Shown here piece by piece: positions 17,505 through 27,813 of a DNA stretch of 56,674 bases (position 1 is the stretch's first letter; the number at the start of each line of letters is the position of its first letter). A model generated the notes under the pieces. The model did no database searches and was not told where the DNA came from. It saw only the letters and a list, made by a program, of their open reading frames with translations. A program made the position numbers and the translations under genes. Source of the stretch: a virus (taxonomy: Duplodnaviria > Caudoviricetes); the IMG/VR virus record IMGVR_UViG_3300034072_002225, positions 1 to 56,674 of that record. One strand, 5' to 3'.

Positions 17505-18077
17505 TTGAGCGAGCCCCTGATCGTCTCTTTGGACGAGTTCGCCGAGCTTTGCGGCGTCACCTCGGTCACTATGCGCACGCATCTGCGCGAGCTTGGGCGA
17601 GAGGGTGTCGAGGTGCCGGCGTGGTTGATCGAACGCGGCGATCGGGGGCGGACGTACAAGATCGATGCCGAGGATGGCGTGCGTTGGTGGCAGGCGCGGC
17701 GGGAAGCCGAGGACCTGGGCAATGCCGAACGCGTCCAGCGTATGCAGCAGCTGCGCCTCGAGACGATCGGTGACGCCGGAGACGAGCCTGAGGCCCTGGC
17801 GCTGTCGGGCAAGCAGCGGCGGGAGGAATATGCTGCTGCCCAGGAAGCGATCAAGTACCGCAAGCTGATGGGCCAGCTGGTCGAGAAGGCGCCGCTGCAG
17901 CGGGTGCTGACCAACGCGACCGTCGAGCTCCGCAAGCAGCTGCAGCGTGTGGCCCCGGAGGCGGCGATCAAGCTGGGCCTCTCGGCCGACCAGAGTCGCG
18001 ATCTCGATGGAATCATCGAGCGCGCGCTCGCCCAGTTCGTCGCAACCATCGAGAAACCGCATGCTTTTGAAGACTGA
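17505..18077 (+). CDS. Terminase small subunit (Nu1-like)
   Basis: TTG start after GGAGTGGAG; wHTH VSLDEFAELCGVT..W, coiled coil, KLMGQLV; overlaps terL. Confidence 0.85.
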   Translation: MSEPLIVSLDEFAELCGVTSVTMRTHLRELGREGVEVPAWLIERGDRGRTYKIDAEDGVRWWQARREAEDLGNAERVQRMQQLRLETIGDAGDEPEALALSGKQRREEYAAAQEAIKYRKLMGQLVEKAPLQRVLTNATVELRKQLQRVAPEAAIKLGLSADQSRDLDGIIERALAQFVATIEKPHAFED

Positions 18078-20241
18078 TCAGGGACCGCCCAAGTTCGCGG
18101 ACGCCGATGCGGTGGTGGCCGAGTGCCTGGCTGAGCTGCGGTATCCGAAAAAGGTTTCCGTCACGGCGTGCGCCAATGACCATCGGCACCTTTCCAACCC
18201 AGGCGCCTATTCGGGTCCGTGGCGCGAGAGCCCGCACGATACCCGCTTCGCGGAGCGCGCGCAGGATGCCCTGCATGTCGATTCCCCGTACCGCGAAGTC
18301 GTGGTGATGGGTCCTGCCCAGACCGGAAAGTCCGAAGTGGGCAATAACTGGCAGCTGCACACCGTGCTGTACGACCAGGTCGACATGATGTTCGTCATGC
18401 CGGACAAGACGTCGATCAACCAGTACGTCAAGACGCAGTGGGACAAGATGGTCGAGGTCTGCCCGGATCTCGAAAAGCGACTGCTCCCAGGTGCGTCGGC
18501 CGATACGATCAACCTGAAGCAGTTCAAGGGCTGCAGCTTCTTCTTCCAGTGGCCCGGCGGCCCCACGTTTCGTGCCAAGCCGGTCTCGCGTGGGCGCCTC
18601 GACGATTATGACGACATTCCGCAGGACGTGGGCGTCGCGGCTGGCGGCAAGGGCGGCCAGGGCAGTCCGCTGTCGCTGATGCTCGGACGCGGCGGCAGCT
18701 TTTCCGCCTATAGCGGCAGCAAGGTCTATGCGAATTCCACCCCGAAGCTGGGGGCGAAGCGCGGAATCGAGGCCCTGGTCGCCGCCGGCACCGACGAGCG
18801 CTGGTATGTCGACTGCCTGACCTGCGATCAGCCGTTCATCCTCGATACCGAGCATGTGCTGAAGTTCGATCGCACCGGAACGGCAGCCGAAGCGGCCGAT
18901 ACCGCGGTCGTGATGTGTCCGGATCCCGAATGCGGTGGGTATCATACCCAGTCCCACAAGCGGGCGCTGATGGATACCGGGCGCTGGGTGGGCAAGGGCG
19001 AGACGGCGGTCAGTCGCAAGATTCATCCCGCGGGCAAGGAAGGCGAGCTGCAGCGCAACAGCCGCCTGTCGCAGCGTTGGGACGGGTTGATGGGCTTTCG
19101 GCGCTGGTCGGAAATCGCCGAGCTATGGCGTGCCGCCGAGCTGAAATTCGAGAACGAGCAAGACGAGACCGAGCTGGTCACCTTCTTCCAGACTACGGCC
19201 GGCAAGAACTACACACTCAAAGGCACGGGCGAGCCGCCGATTGCCGAGGACGAGCTGCTGCGCCGAGCCCGGCTGAGCCCGCACCGCTTCGGCGTCGTGC
19301 CTCGCGAGGCGGTTTGTCTGGTCATGTCGATCGACCAGGCCATCAACCGATTCGAGGTGAGTGCCTGGGCTTTCGCACCCGGCTATCGCGCGTGGCTGGT
19401 CGACCGCTTCGCGATCGTGAATTGTGGCGACGAGCCGCTGAAACCGTTCACCAGGCCGGAGCACTTCGCCGTGCTGCACCCGCGCGTGCTGGCAAAGCGC
19501 TACCCCGTGGCCGGCTCACCGAACCTGTCCGTGAAGCCGCTCTGCACCGTCCTCGATACTGGCGGCATGGATTCCGCGACCGACAATGCGTTCGCGTGGT
19601 GGCATTCCATGGTCGCTGGCGATATCGGCTCCGGTCGGGCGCCGGTCCCGGACACTGCGCTGATGCTGTATAAGGGGGGCAACAAGGCGGACGGCAAGTT
19701 GCTCCCGACGCCGACTCCTGATGCGAAGCGTCAAATGCCTGGCGCACCCCCATGTCTGCTCTATGTGCCCAACGCTAATCGCATCAAAGACATGGCGGAC
19801 GTCGGTCTGCGCCGCAGCGATGGAGGCCCGGGATCGATCGTGTTCCCGGGGGATCTGGATGAAGATCAGCAACTGGTGGTTGCACCCTACATCGCCGAGT
19901 TCACCGCCGAGGAGAAAATTGACGGCGTATGGACGCGTCCGAAAGACACCAAGAACGAAACGCTCGACCTGTATGTGATGGCGCGTAGCGTGCTGATCCG
20001 GTTCGGGGGGCACGATCACTCGCTGTCCTGGGTGCCTTCGTGGGCGCGGCCGCCGCGGCTTCGGCCGCTGCCCAGGCCGGAGGTAGGGGTGGCCGAGGAA
20101 CAGGCGCTGGCGGCGCTCGCTCGCGAAACGGCGCCACCAGCGGCAGAAGCGCCCAAGACAAGGGCACCAGCGACCCAGCCCGTACCCATGTCGCCACCAC
20201 GGCGGCCTCGGCCAAAGATCCGTGTGACGCGCGCGCGGTGA
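18061..20241 (+). CDS. Terminase large subunit (GpA family)
   Basis: MGPAQTGKSE Walker A, STPK, CxxC..C zinc motifs, SIDQ, DTGG, NETLDLYV. Confidence 0.95.
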   Translation: MLLKTDQGPPKFADADAVVAECLAELRYPKKVSVTACANDHRHLSNPGAYSGPWRESPHDTRFAERAQDALHVDSPYREVVVMGPAQTGKSEVGNNWQLHTVLYDQVDMMFVMPDKTSINQYVKTQWDKMVEVCPDLEKRLLPGASADTINLKQFKGCSFFFQWPGGPTFRAKPVSRGRLDDYDDIPQDVGVAAGGKGGQGSPLSLMLGRGGSFSAYSGSKVYANSTPKLGAKRGIEALVAAGTDERWYVDCLTCDQPFILDTEHVLKFDRTGTAAEAADTAVVMCPDPECGGYHTQSHKRALMDTGRWVGKGETAVSRKIHPAGKEGELQRNSRLSQRWDGLMGFRRWSEIAELWRAAELKFENEQDETELVTFFQTTAGKNYTLKGTGEPPIAEDELLRRARLSPHRFGVVPREAVCLVMSIDQAINRFEVSAWAFAPGYRAWLVDRFAIVNCGDEPLKPFTRPEHFAVLHPRVLAKRYPVAGSPNLSVKPLCTVLDTGGMDSATDNAFAWWHSMVAGDIGSGRAPVPDTALMLYKGGNKADGKLLPTPTPDAKRQMPGAPPCLLYVPNANRIKDMADVGLRRSDGGPGSIVFPGDLDEDQQLVVAPYIAEFTAEEKIDGVWTRPKDTKNETLDLYVMARSVLIRFGGHDHSLSWVPSWARPPRLRPLPRPEVGVAEEQALAALARETAPPAAEAPKTRAPATQPVPMSPPRRPRPKIRVTRAR

Positions 20242-20454
20242 TAGTCACGTCATCCTCGGGGCCGAGGTGGGCACTGGCTGCCGATCGCCGACCGGGATCG
20301 CAGCCGCTGACGAATAGCCGGAGGTGCCGCAGCGGGTGAATCCCTCGATTATCCGGATACTGCGCGGGATTGATCGAATTTCGCCAGACTGTGTCCAGTT
20401 TTTCGCAACGGCAATTTGCAGCGCGCATAGGGGCTGGACAGGGAGTCGAGATAT

Positions 20455-20484
20455 TTGACAGGGGCAAAAGCGTAGACGTGCCGT
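20455..20484 (+). promoter_or_regulatory. Putative late promoter upstream of head genes
   Basis: Perfect TTGACA at 20455..20460; -10 not clearly identifiable. Confidence 0.4.
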
Positions 20485-20498
20485 GCCCGAGAGAAACG

Positions 20499-20533
20499 AG
20501 CCCGCCCCGGTAGATCCGGCGGCGGGCTTTTTT
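20499..20533 (+). terminator. Intrinsic terminator before the head operon
   Basis: AGCCCGCC-CCGG-TAGAT-CCGG-C-GGCGGGCT followed by a T run. Confidence 0.75.
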
Positions 20534-20560
20534 GTGCCCGGGCCAGTTGGAGAAACCCCC

Positions 20561-20791
20561 ATGGCCTTGCCGCCGGATCAGATCGCAGAGCTGGAAGCTC
20601 GCCTCGCGCGCTATCTCGCGGCCGAGGCGGCGGTGCTCACCAACCAGGAGTATGAGCTCGCGGGCCGCAAGGTGGTGCGCGCGGACCTGAAGGAGATCCG
20701 CGCCGCCGTCGAGGACCTGCGCGGCCAGCTCAATCGCGTACAGGGCGTCGCCCCGCGGCGGGGCCGGGTGCGGCGGGTGGTGCTGCTCTGA
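20561..20791 (+). CDS. Head-tail joining protein (gpW-like)
   Basis: YLAAEAAVLTNQEYELAGRKVVRADLKEI; located between terL and portal. Confidence 0.8.
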   Translation: MALPPDQIAELEARLARYLAAEAAVLTNQEYELAGRKVVRADLKEIRAAVEDLRGQLNRVQGVAPRRGRVRRVVLL

Positions 20792-22500
20792 TGCTCAATG
20801 TCCGCATGAACGCGCTCGATCGCGCCGCGAATTGGGTATCGCCCAGCTGGGGGATGAAGCGGATGGCGGCGCGGGCCACCCTATCGGCTGCCTCGGCGCT
20901 CACCAGCTCGCCGACCAACCCTGACGGCGGCCGGATCGGCGGGCAGGGCGGGTACAAGGGCGGTCATACCAACCGCCGGCAAACGCGTGGGTGGTTCGCT
21001 CGCCCGCGCAGCGCGAACGCCGACACCCTCGGCAACCAGAAGACCGTCATCGGCCGCGCCCGCGATGCGGCAATGAACATGCCGCTGGCGACGGCGGCGA
21101 TCGAGCGGCCTGTCACCTTCACGGTCGGCACCGGCCTGATGGCGATTCCCGACCTGAAGGCCGGCGAGCTCGGCATCAGCGCGGAGGAGGCGCGGAGGCT
21201 CGGCGCCCAGATCGCGGCGGACTTCGACAATTACATGTCGTCGACCGATCCCGATGCGGCGCGGACGGCGACCGGCTATGATCAGCAGGAAATCGTCCTG
21301 CGCGGTGTGCTGGAAAGCGGCGACATCCTCGGCGTGCGCGTCATGCCGCCGAACCAGATCGGACGGTACCACGAAACCGCGTGGAAGTTGTACGAAGCCG
21401 ATCGTGTAGTCTCGCCGGCCAACCACGACGAGGGTGGCCGCCTCGGCGGCGCCGGCAACGTCGTCGCCGGGGGCGTCGAGGTCGACGAGTTCACGGCACC
21501 GATCGCCTATCATGTGCTGAAGACTCCGCCGAACGGCTTCAACGGGGTGGCGATCGGCCGCATGCCGGGGGACACCGTGCGCCTGGATGCGTGGGGCACG
21601 AAGAGCGAGCTGCCCACCTGCGTTCATGTGATGACGGTGAAGCGGCCCGAGCAGTTCCGGGGCGCATCCGTCCTGGCGCCGGTGCTGGAGATCCTGCAGC
21701 AGGTTTCCACCCTCTCCGAGGCGGAGGCATTCGCGGCCGTGCTGACCAGCATGGTCGCGATCATCTACAAGAGCAAGAACGGCAATCCCATGCCGGAGCC
21801 GGACTACAGCACCGATCGCATGGTCGATGCCAGCGAGGCTTGGCAAACCGCCGAGGCGGATGCGGGTGGCCGCGCCTCCGATTATCCGATGGAAGTCGGC
21901 GCGACCTGGGAAATCGACCACGACGACGAAGTGGAGATGAAGTCGCCGGGGCGACCGAATCCTGCGTTCGAGCCGTTCTTCAAGGCGCTGGCGCACCAGA
22001 TCTCTGCTGCGGTGGAAGTGCCCTATGAGGTGCTGATGCTGGCGTTCAACGCCAGCTACTCGGCGAGCCGTGGCGCGCTCGAAGTGTTTTACCAGACCGT
22101 GCGCAAGCGCCGAGACTGGCTCGCCGCGCACTGGTGCACCCCGGTCTATCGCGCCTGGCTGTATGAGCAGGTGGCGAAGGGCCGGTACCGGATGCCCGGC
22201 TTTCTCACCAACCGCACGCTGCGCGAGCGCTGGTCGAACGTGCGCTTCCGCGGTGACGGCAAAATCTCACTCGACCCGGGCCGCGAGGCGAAGGCGCTGG
22301 AAGTGCATGAGGCGCATGCCTGGAAGACCGGGGCGGAGATCACCGCCGAGCTGACCGGCGGCGACTATGACGCCAATGTCGAGCGGCGCGCCGGCGAGCA
22401 TCGCCGCTTCGTCGATGCCGGTCTGCCGATCCCGAACCAACAGGGCGGAGGCAGCGCGCCGGCGACTGACCAGCCCCAGCCAACGGAGGTACCGGCATGA
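20791..22500 (+). CDS. Portal protein (lambda family)
   Basis: RARD..N, VGTG, GGVEVD..PIAYH, RPEQFRG, ASYSASRGA, LDP.REAKA. Confidence 0.95.
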   Translation: MLNVRMNALDRAANWVSPSWGMKRMAARATLSAASALTSSPTNPDGGRIGGQGGYKGGHTNRRQTRGWFARPRSANADTLGNQKTVIGRARDAAMNMPLATAAIERPVTFTVGTGLMAIPDLKAGELGISAEEARRLGAQIAADFDNYMSSTDPDAARTATGYDQQEIVLRGVLESGDILGVRVMPPNQIGRYHETAWKLYEADRVVSPANHDEGGRLGGAGNVVAGGVEVDEFTAPIAYHVLKTPPNGFNGVAIGRMPGDTVRLDAWGTKSELPTCVHVMTVKRPEQFRGASVLAPVLEILQQVSTLSEAEAFAAVLTSMVAIIYKSKNGNPMPEPDYSTDRMVDASEAWQTAEADAGGRASDYPMEVGATWEIDHDDEVEMKSPGRPNPAFEPFFKALAHQISAAVEVPYEVLMLAFNASYSASRGALEVFYQTVRKRRDWLAAHWCTPVYRAWLYEQVAKGRYRMPGFLTNRTLRERWSNVRFRGDGKISLDPGREAKALEVHEAHAWKTGAEITAELTGGDYDANVERRAGEHRRFVDAGLPIPNQQGGGSAPATDQPQPTEVPA

Positions 22501-23849
22501 GTATGCGGGCCTATAGCCGCGCGGAAGTGATGCGGCGCCTGTTCAACGCGCCCCTGCAGGTGCTGCCCGATACGGCAGCAATCGTGATCGGCGCCGTGGG
22601 CAAGCGCTACGATATCGAGCAGCTGCTGTTCGCCGGGGAAGGGCGCACGCTCTCGATCGGCGAGCTCGAGGCGCGCGCCTCGGCGGCCCGGGTCGAGATA
22701 TCGGCCCGCGCCAACATCGACCAGCGTGCGCCGAAGTTGGCGGCCGAGCAGCTGATGCCGGTGATCGACAATGTCGCGCATATCGAGGTGCGTGGTGAGA
22801 CCGTCGCCGAGAACGGTATCGGCCCCATGTCCGGCTTCACCGGTTATGACGGTATCCGCGCCCAGGTGATCGCCGCCGATGCTGATCCTTCGGTGCGCGG
22901 GCTGCTGCTCGATATCAATTCCCCCGGCGGGGAGGTCGATTCGCTGTACGAATGCGTTGGTTCGCTGATGGGCCGCCGCGGCACAAAGCCGATGCGCGCC
23001 GTTATCCGCGGCACCGGGGCCAGTGCCGCATATGCGCTGGCCGCCTGCGCCGACGAGATCACGATCAATGCGCTCGGCATGGCCGGATCGGTTGGCACCA
23101 TCGCTATGCACGCGGATTTCTCACAGCAGCTTGAGCAGGAAGGTGTCCGCGTTACGCTGATCAGCGCCGGCGCCCACAAGGCGGATGCCAATCCGTTTGA
23201 GCCGCTGCCGCCCGAGGTTCGCGATCGCATTGCCGCGCTGGTGAACCTGGCGAACGACCAGTTTATCGCGCACGTCGCCGAAGCGCGGAGCCTGTCCCAG
23301 GATCAGGTGCGGGGCCAACAGGCGCAACTCTATCGCGGCGAGGAGGCAGTTCAGGCCGGCCTCGTCAACAAGGTCATGAGCTGGGCTGATTCGATCGCCG
23401 AATTTTCCCAGCAAGTGAATGGCGGGCTTTCGTCAGGCCGCCCCGCCCGGTCCGCGCCCGGTGCGCGATCTCAGGAGAAGAAGATGAAAACCGAACAGAC
23501 CGCGCCGGCGGCGGATACGCCGGAGTATAGCGCAGCCACCCAGGATGCGGCCGTAAAGGCCGCCGTTGCGGCAGATCGTACCCGCATCGGCCAGCTGATC
23601 GACCTCGACGCCGAGAGCCGGTGCACGCCTGCGCTCTCGGCCGCGATCGTTGATGGCACCAGCGCCGGCGACTTCGCGATCGCCTGCATGAAGTCGACCG
23701 CGCAGCAGCAGCGCACCGCGCTGGAGAGCGCGCGCTCCGATGCTGCCCAGCCCGAGGCACTGCCCCAGGCCCGCACGGACGCGACCGGCGCGCAGCAGAA
23801 GGCCAATCGCGGGCTCGCCTTCCTCAACCGGAACAAGAAGGCCGGCTGA
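22497..23849 (+). CDS. S49 capsid maturation protease (gpC-like) with nested scaffold start at 23484
   Basis: LLDINSPGGEV, ASAAYALA, GSVG, GAHKADANP; in-frame AGGAG..ATG at 23484. Confidence 0.92.
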   Translation: MSMRAYSRAEVMRRLFNAPLQVLPDTAAIVIGAVGKRYDIEQLLFAGEGRTLSIGELEARASAARVEISARANIDQRAPKLAAEQLMPVIDNVAHIEVRGETVAENGIGPMSGFTGYDGIRAQVIAADADPSVRGLLLDINSPGGEVDSLYECVGSLMGRRGTKPMRAVIRGTGASAAYALAACADEITINALGMAGSVGTIAMHADFSQQLEQEGVRVTLISAGAHKADANPFEPLPPEVRDRIAALVNLANDQFIAHVAEARSLSQDQVRGQQAQLYRGEEAVQAGLVNKVMSWADSIAEFSQQVNGGLSSGRPARSAPGARSQEKKMKTEQTAPAADTPEYSAATQDAAVKAAVAADRTRIGQLIDLDAESRCTPALSAAIVDGTSAGDFAIACMKSTAQQQRTALESARSDAAQPEALPQARTDATGAQQKANRGLAFLNRNKKAG

Positions 23850-23927
23850 TCCCACGCAACCTTCGCGCCGCGGCGCGACGTCGGGGCGGCTTCGGCCGCC
23901 CTTCGCTTTTCTGGAAAGGACATCGCT

Positions 23928-24599
23928 ATGGCATATGAACGTGCCGGCTATGAGGTGAGCACGCCCACCTCGTTCACCACGCTGCTGGCCCGCACCGCCG
24001 GCGTTACCACCCGCAAGGTCATCATCATGGCGGGCGAGGGCGTTCGCGTCCTCGGTTCGGTGCTCGGCAAGGTGCCGACCGCGGCGCAGACCGTTGCGGC
24101 CAGCGCCGTCGTCAGCGGCAGCGGCGGCACGCCCGGCAACGGCACCGTCACCGCGCTGACCGCCGATACCGGCGCGCCGGCGGGCGTGTATCAGGTGCGG
24201 ATCCTCAACCCCGCCACCAATGCGGGCAGCTTCGAGGTGATCCGCCCCGATGGTGTCGTCGACGGCAACGGCACGGTCGGCGTTGCCTATAACGGCATCG
24301 TCAACTTCACGCTGAACGACGGCAGCGTCGACTTCGTGGAGGATGACCGCATCGCGATCACCGTCAGCTATGCCGATGACAGCGGCAAGTATCGCCTGTC
24401 GGCGGCCGCCGCAGTGGACGGATCGCAGACGCCGGACATGGTGCTGGCAGAAACGGTCGACGCAACCTCGGCCGACGTGGAGGCGATCGCCTACGAAACC
24501 GCCACGGTGGTGAAGTCGGCGCTGGTCCTCGGCGCTGGCCACACCATCGCGACCATCCGCGATCATCTGCGGCGTCGCGGCATCACCATCGACGACTGA
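23928..24599 (+). CDS. Head decoration protein (gpD-like) with inserted domain
   Basis: GSVLGKV..DGSQTP..VLAE..DA..LRRRGI; lies between protease and capsid. Confidence 0.85.
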   Translation: MAYERAGYEVSTPTSFTTLLARTAGVTTRKVIIMAGEGVRVLGSVLGKVPTAAQTVAASAVVSGSGGTPGNGTVTALTADTGAPAGVYQVRILNPATNAGSFEVIRPDGVVDGNGTVGVAYNGIVNFTLNDGSVDFVEDDRIAITVSYADDSGKYRLSAAAAVDGSQTPDMVLAETVDATSADVEAIAYETATVVKSALVLGAGHTIATIRDHLRRRGITIDD

Positions 24600-24701
24600 G
24601 CCCAGGCCCAGGTCACACGCTGAAACAGCTCTCCCGGGGTGGGGGGCGGCGGCGGCGCGGGAGCGATCCCGGGCCGCCGCTTCGATTCGGAAGGGAATCA
24701 C

Positions 24702-25739
24702 ATGAACGAATCCGATTATCTCTACGGCACCGATGAACTGATGCCGATGGTCGAGGCCCTGGACATCCCGGGCAACTTCCTCCTCAAGCTCGTCTTCCCG
24801 GAAGTGATGGAGTTCGAAACCGAGAACGTCCATTTCGACCGTCTGCAGGCCGATCGCCGGCTCGCGCCGCTGGTGTCGCCGCTCGCGCCGGGCAAGATCC
24901 AGCAGCCGCGCGGCTTCCAGGTCGAGACCCTGACCCCGGCCTATCTCAAGCCGAAGAACAAGGTCGAAGCGTCGCAGGTCATGCGCCGTCGGGCGGGCGA
25001 AGCCCGCGGGGGCAGCATGTCGCCTGGCGAGCGTCGTGCGGCGCAGCTGAACGACTATCTGTTGCAGCATCGCACCAAGGTCGAGCGGCGCCTCGAATGG
25101 ATGGCGAGCTCGGTGCTGCGCACCGGTCAGCTGATCCTCGTCAGCGACGATTACCCGGCGGTCACCGTAAACTATCGTCGCAACTCGGCGCTCAGCATCC
25201 AGCTTTCCGGCGGTCTCCGCTGGGGCCAGAACGGCGTTTCGCCCTATGACAATGTGCAGACCTGGATCGATCTGGTCGGCACCACGTCCAACTGCGCCGT
25301 CAATGTCGTGCTGATGGACGCCAAGGCGTGGAAGCTGTTCATCGACGATCCGAAGTCGCAGAAGACACTCGATCTCACCCTGGGCCAGACTTCTGCGGTA
25401 CAGCTGGGCCTGCAGGCCGGCCTGCCCGGTTCGCCCACCTATAAGGGCCGGATCGGCGACGTCGAATTCTACGTCTACAACGATCTCTACGAAGCCGATG
25501 ACGGCACCACCCAGCAGCTGATCCCCGACTTCACCGTCATGCTGATCAGCCAGGGCGGCGTGGAAGGGGCGCAGATGTTCGGTGCGATCCAGGATCCGCG
25601 GAACAACTTCGGTGCTGCGCGCTACTTCGCCAAGAACTGGATCGACGAAGATCCCGCCGGCGAATTCCTCATGACGCAGTCGGCACCGGTGCTCGGCCCC
25701 CGGCGCATCGACGCCTGCGCCTGCGCCACCGTCCAGTGA
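24702..25739 (+). CDS. Major capsid protein (lambda gpE family)
   Basis: FLLKLVFP..FD..RRLAPLVSP..PAYLKPK..RRLEWMA..DPAGEFLMTQSAP. Confidence 0.95.
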   Translation: MNESDYLYGTDELMPMVEALDIPGNFLLKLVFPEVMEFETENVHFDRLQADRRLAPLVSPLAPGKIQQPRGFQVETLTPAYLKPKNKVEASQVMRRRAGEARGGSMSPGERRAAQLNDYLLQHRTKVERRLEWMASSVLRTGQLILVSDDYPAVTVNYRRNSALSIQLSGGLRWGQNGVSPYDNVQTWIDLVGTTSNCAVNVVLMDAKAWKLFIDDPKSQKTLDLTLGQTSAVQLGLQAGLPGSPTYKGRIGDVEFYVYNDLYEADDGTTQQLIPDFTVMLISQGGVEGAQMFGAIQDPRNNFGAARYFAKNWIDEDPAGEFLMTQSAPVLGPRRIDACACATVQ

Positions 25740-25806
25740 TCGGCTGATCGGTTGACCCCCTCGGGTGGCGCTGCGGCGCCGCCCGTCTTTTTCGGGAGAA
25801 TCCCCC

Positions 25807-26397
25807 ATGTCTCGCATTGCTCTGATCGCCGCTCTCACGCTGACCGGCGGCACCGTTGCCGATCCCTTCACCCTCGCCGCGGGCCGCGAACTCACCGAGG
25901 ATGTTGTCACGTCGCTTGGCCTGGAACCGAAGGACATCAAGCGCCTGGTGGATACCGGCGCGCTGGTGCAGAAGACCGTCCTCGATTCCGGCGCCGGCGG
26001 CGACGAAGTGGTCGACGGCATCTCCGTGCTCGAGCTGCACGATTTCCTCACCCGGCTGGGCATTGCCTGGTCGCCCGACATGTCGATCGACGAACTGCTC
26101 GATCTCTCGCCGCCAGCCTATGCCGGTATCGCTCTCGACGAGATGCGGGACCTGCTGATGGCGGGCGGCATCTCCTTCGAACCGAACGACACGCCCGAGC
26201 AGCTGTTCGAACGCGCGATCGCCCATGTGCCGCCGATCGATATCGACGGCGCCGCTGCAGCCATCGAAAGCAGCAACACCGCGGACGATATCGCCACTGC
26301 GCTGACCGCGCTCAACGTGCCCTTCGCCACCAGTGCGAAGAAGGCCGAGCTGGCGCGGCTGCTCGCCCAGGTCCGCGCGGTGACGCCGGCGGCCTGA
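25807..26397 (+). CDS. DNA-packaging chaperone-like protein (gpFI position) with HeH-like repeats
   Basis: Three short helical repeats (ELHDFLTRLGI, EMRDLLMAGGI, DIATALTALNV..KKAELARL). Confidence 0.65.
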   Translation: MSRIALIAALTLTGGTVADPFTLAAGRELTEDVVTSLGLEPKDIKRLVDTGALVQKTVLDSGAGGDEVVDGISVLELHDFLTRLGIAWSPDMSIDELLDLSPPAYAGIALDEMRDLLMAGGISFEPNDTPEQLFERAIAHVPPIDIDGAAAAIESSNTADDIATALTALNVPFATSAKKAELARLLAQVRAVTPAA

Positions 26398-26401
26398 TCC
26401 G

Positions 26402-26764
26402 ATGCCGATCGAGACGGCCGCCGATCGCGCGGCCCTCTTCAACGAAGACGAGGCCGCGACGCCGGCGCTCTACACCGCTCCGGCTGGCGGACCCGGCCTG
26501 CGCTGTTCGGTGATCTTCGACGTCGAGCGGAGCGACCCGCTCGACGTCGGCACCGATAGCGGGGCACGATCCGTGCGGACCTGGCAAGGTGCGCGGATCC
26601 TTGCCGATCAGGTGCCGGTGGTCGAACAGAAGGGCAGGGTGCAGCTCGGTACCATCTCTGCCGGCAGCTTCGTCCCCAATGGCCTGCTCGTCGAGGTGAT
26701 CGGGCGACCGAAGCGCGATGTTACGGGTGCCGTCTGGGACGTCACCGTGCGGGAAATCGCGTGA
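26402..26764 (+). CDS. Head-tail joining protein (gpFII-like)
   Basis: Synteny; ALYT..G..CSVIFD..P.RD..W. Confidence 0.7.
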   Translation: MPIETAADRAALFNEDEAATPALYTAPAGGPGLRCSVIFDVERSDPLDVGTDSGARSVRTWQGARILADQVPVVEQKGRVQLGTISAGSFVPNGLLVEVIGRPKRDVTGAVWDVTVREIA

Positions 26765-27360
26765 AGGTCGACGTCAAGATGGTCGGCCTCGCGCGCGCCG
26801 CGGAGGCCGGCCTCGCCCAGGTGGCGCGTGGCACCACCGCCGGCATGCGCGAGGCCACGGTGGGCCTGAAAGACGAACTGCGCGACCAGGTGCTGCGCGC
26901 CGGGTTCAATCAGCGTCTGGCGAACACCTGGCGCGGGAATACCTATCCGCTGCAGGGCACCAGCCTGGAGCCCGCCGCCTATGTCTATTCCAAGGCCCCC
27001 AAGATCGTCTTCGCCTTCACAAACGGCGTCACGATCCGCCCGGTGAACGGTGCGCGCTATCTGTGGATTCCTACCGACAAGGTACCGAAGAAGCGGTCGC
27101 GCGGCGGCAGCACCGCGATCTCGCCGGAGGAGGTCGAGCAGCGGTTCGGGCGGTTCTTCTTCCGTCCGGGCAAGCGCGGCGGGCTCGTCGCGATGGTGGT
27201 TTCGACGCGGCGCCGGCGCGGCGCCCATCGCGGGCCGGGGGTGGCGATGTTCAACCTGAGCCGCGCCGTCGACATGCCGAAGCTGCTGGAACTCCAGCGG
27301 CCGGCGCAGAGCTGGGCGGTGCGCGCTGCCGCTCTGATCGAAAGGAATATTGCGCGATGA
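26761..27360 (+). CDS. Tail completion/neck protein (DUF6441-like)
   Basis: GLKDELRDQV..RLANTWR..YP..SL..AAYVYSKAP..G.TIRP..YLWIPT. Confidence 0.75.
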   Translation: MKVDVKMVGLARAAEAGLAQVARGTTAGMREATVGLKDELRDQVLRAGFNQRLANTWRGNTYPLQGTSLEPAAYVYSKAPKIVFAFTNGVTIRPVNGARYLWIPTDKVPKKRSRGGSTAISPEEVEQRFGRFFFRPGKRGGLVAMVVSTRRRRGAHRGPGVAMFNLSRAVDMPKLLELQRPAQSWAVRAAALIERNIAR

Positions 27361-27785
27361 CGCCGCAACTCGCCATCCTGCTGGCGCTGAAGGCGCTGAT
27401 CCAGGCCGCGCTGCCGATGGCGGAGGTTCTCGGGTTCGACGGCGATTCCAGCGTGCCGGAGATCATACCCGCCGGCGGCCTGGTGATCGGCAAGTTCGGC
27501 GATCCTGGTGATCCGGAGATCACGCTCAACCCGCCGACCTATAGCTACCAGCACCGCATTCCGCTGGAGATCGCGGCGCCGGAAGGGGTGGGGGGTATGA
27601 CGCTCGACGCGATGCTGCCGCCGATCGGCGCGGCGATCGCCGCCAATCCCTTTCTGGGCGGCCTCTGCGAATATCTCTCCGTCGAGCAGGCGGGGCGGGA
27701 AGACGAGACCCGTGACGACGTCACGATCAACTGGGCCGACATCAACGTGTTCGCCCATTATTCGACCACCAACCCGCTGGGCTGA
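27357..27785 (+). CDS. Tail terminator-like protein
   Basis: PE.IPAGGL..GDPGDPEITLNPPTYSYQHR..LGGLCE..YSTTNPL. Confidence 0.75.
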   Translation: MTPQLAILLALKALIQAALPMAEVLGFDGDSSVPEIIPAGGLVIGKFGDPGDPEITLNPPTYSYQHRIPLEIAAPEGVGGMTLDAMLPPIGAAIAANPFLGGLCEYLSVEQAGREDETRDDVTINWADINVFAHYSTTNPLG

Positions 27786-27813
27786 TCCCCGGGTTTCTCA
27801 AAAGGAGTGAAGC

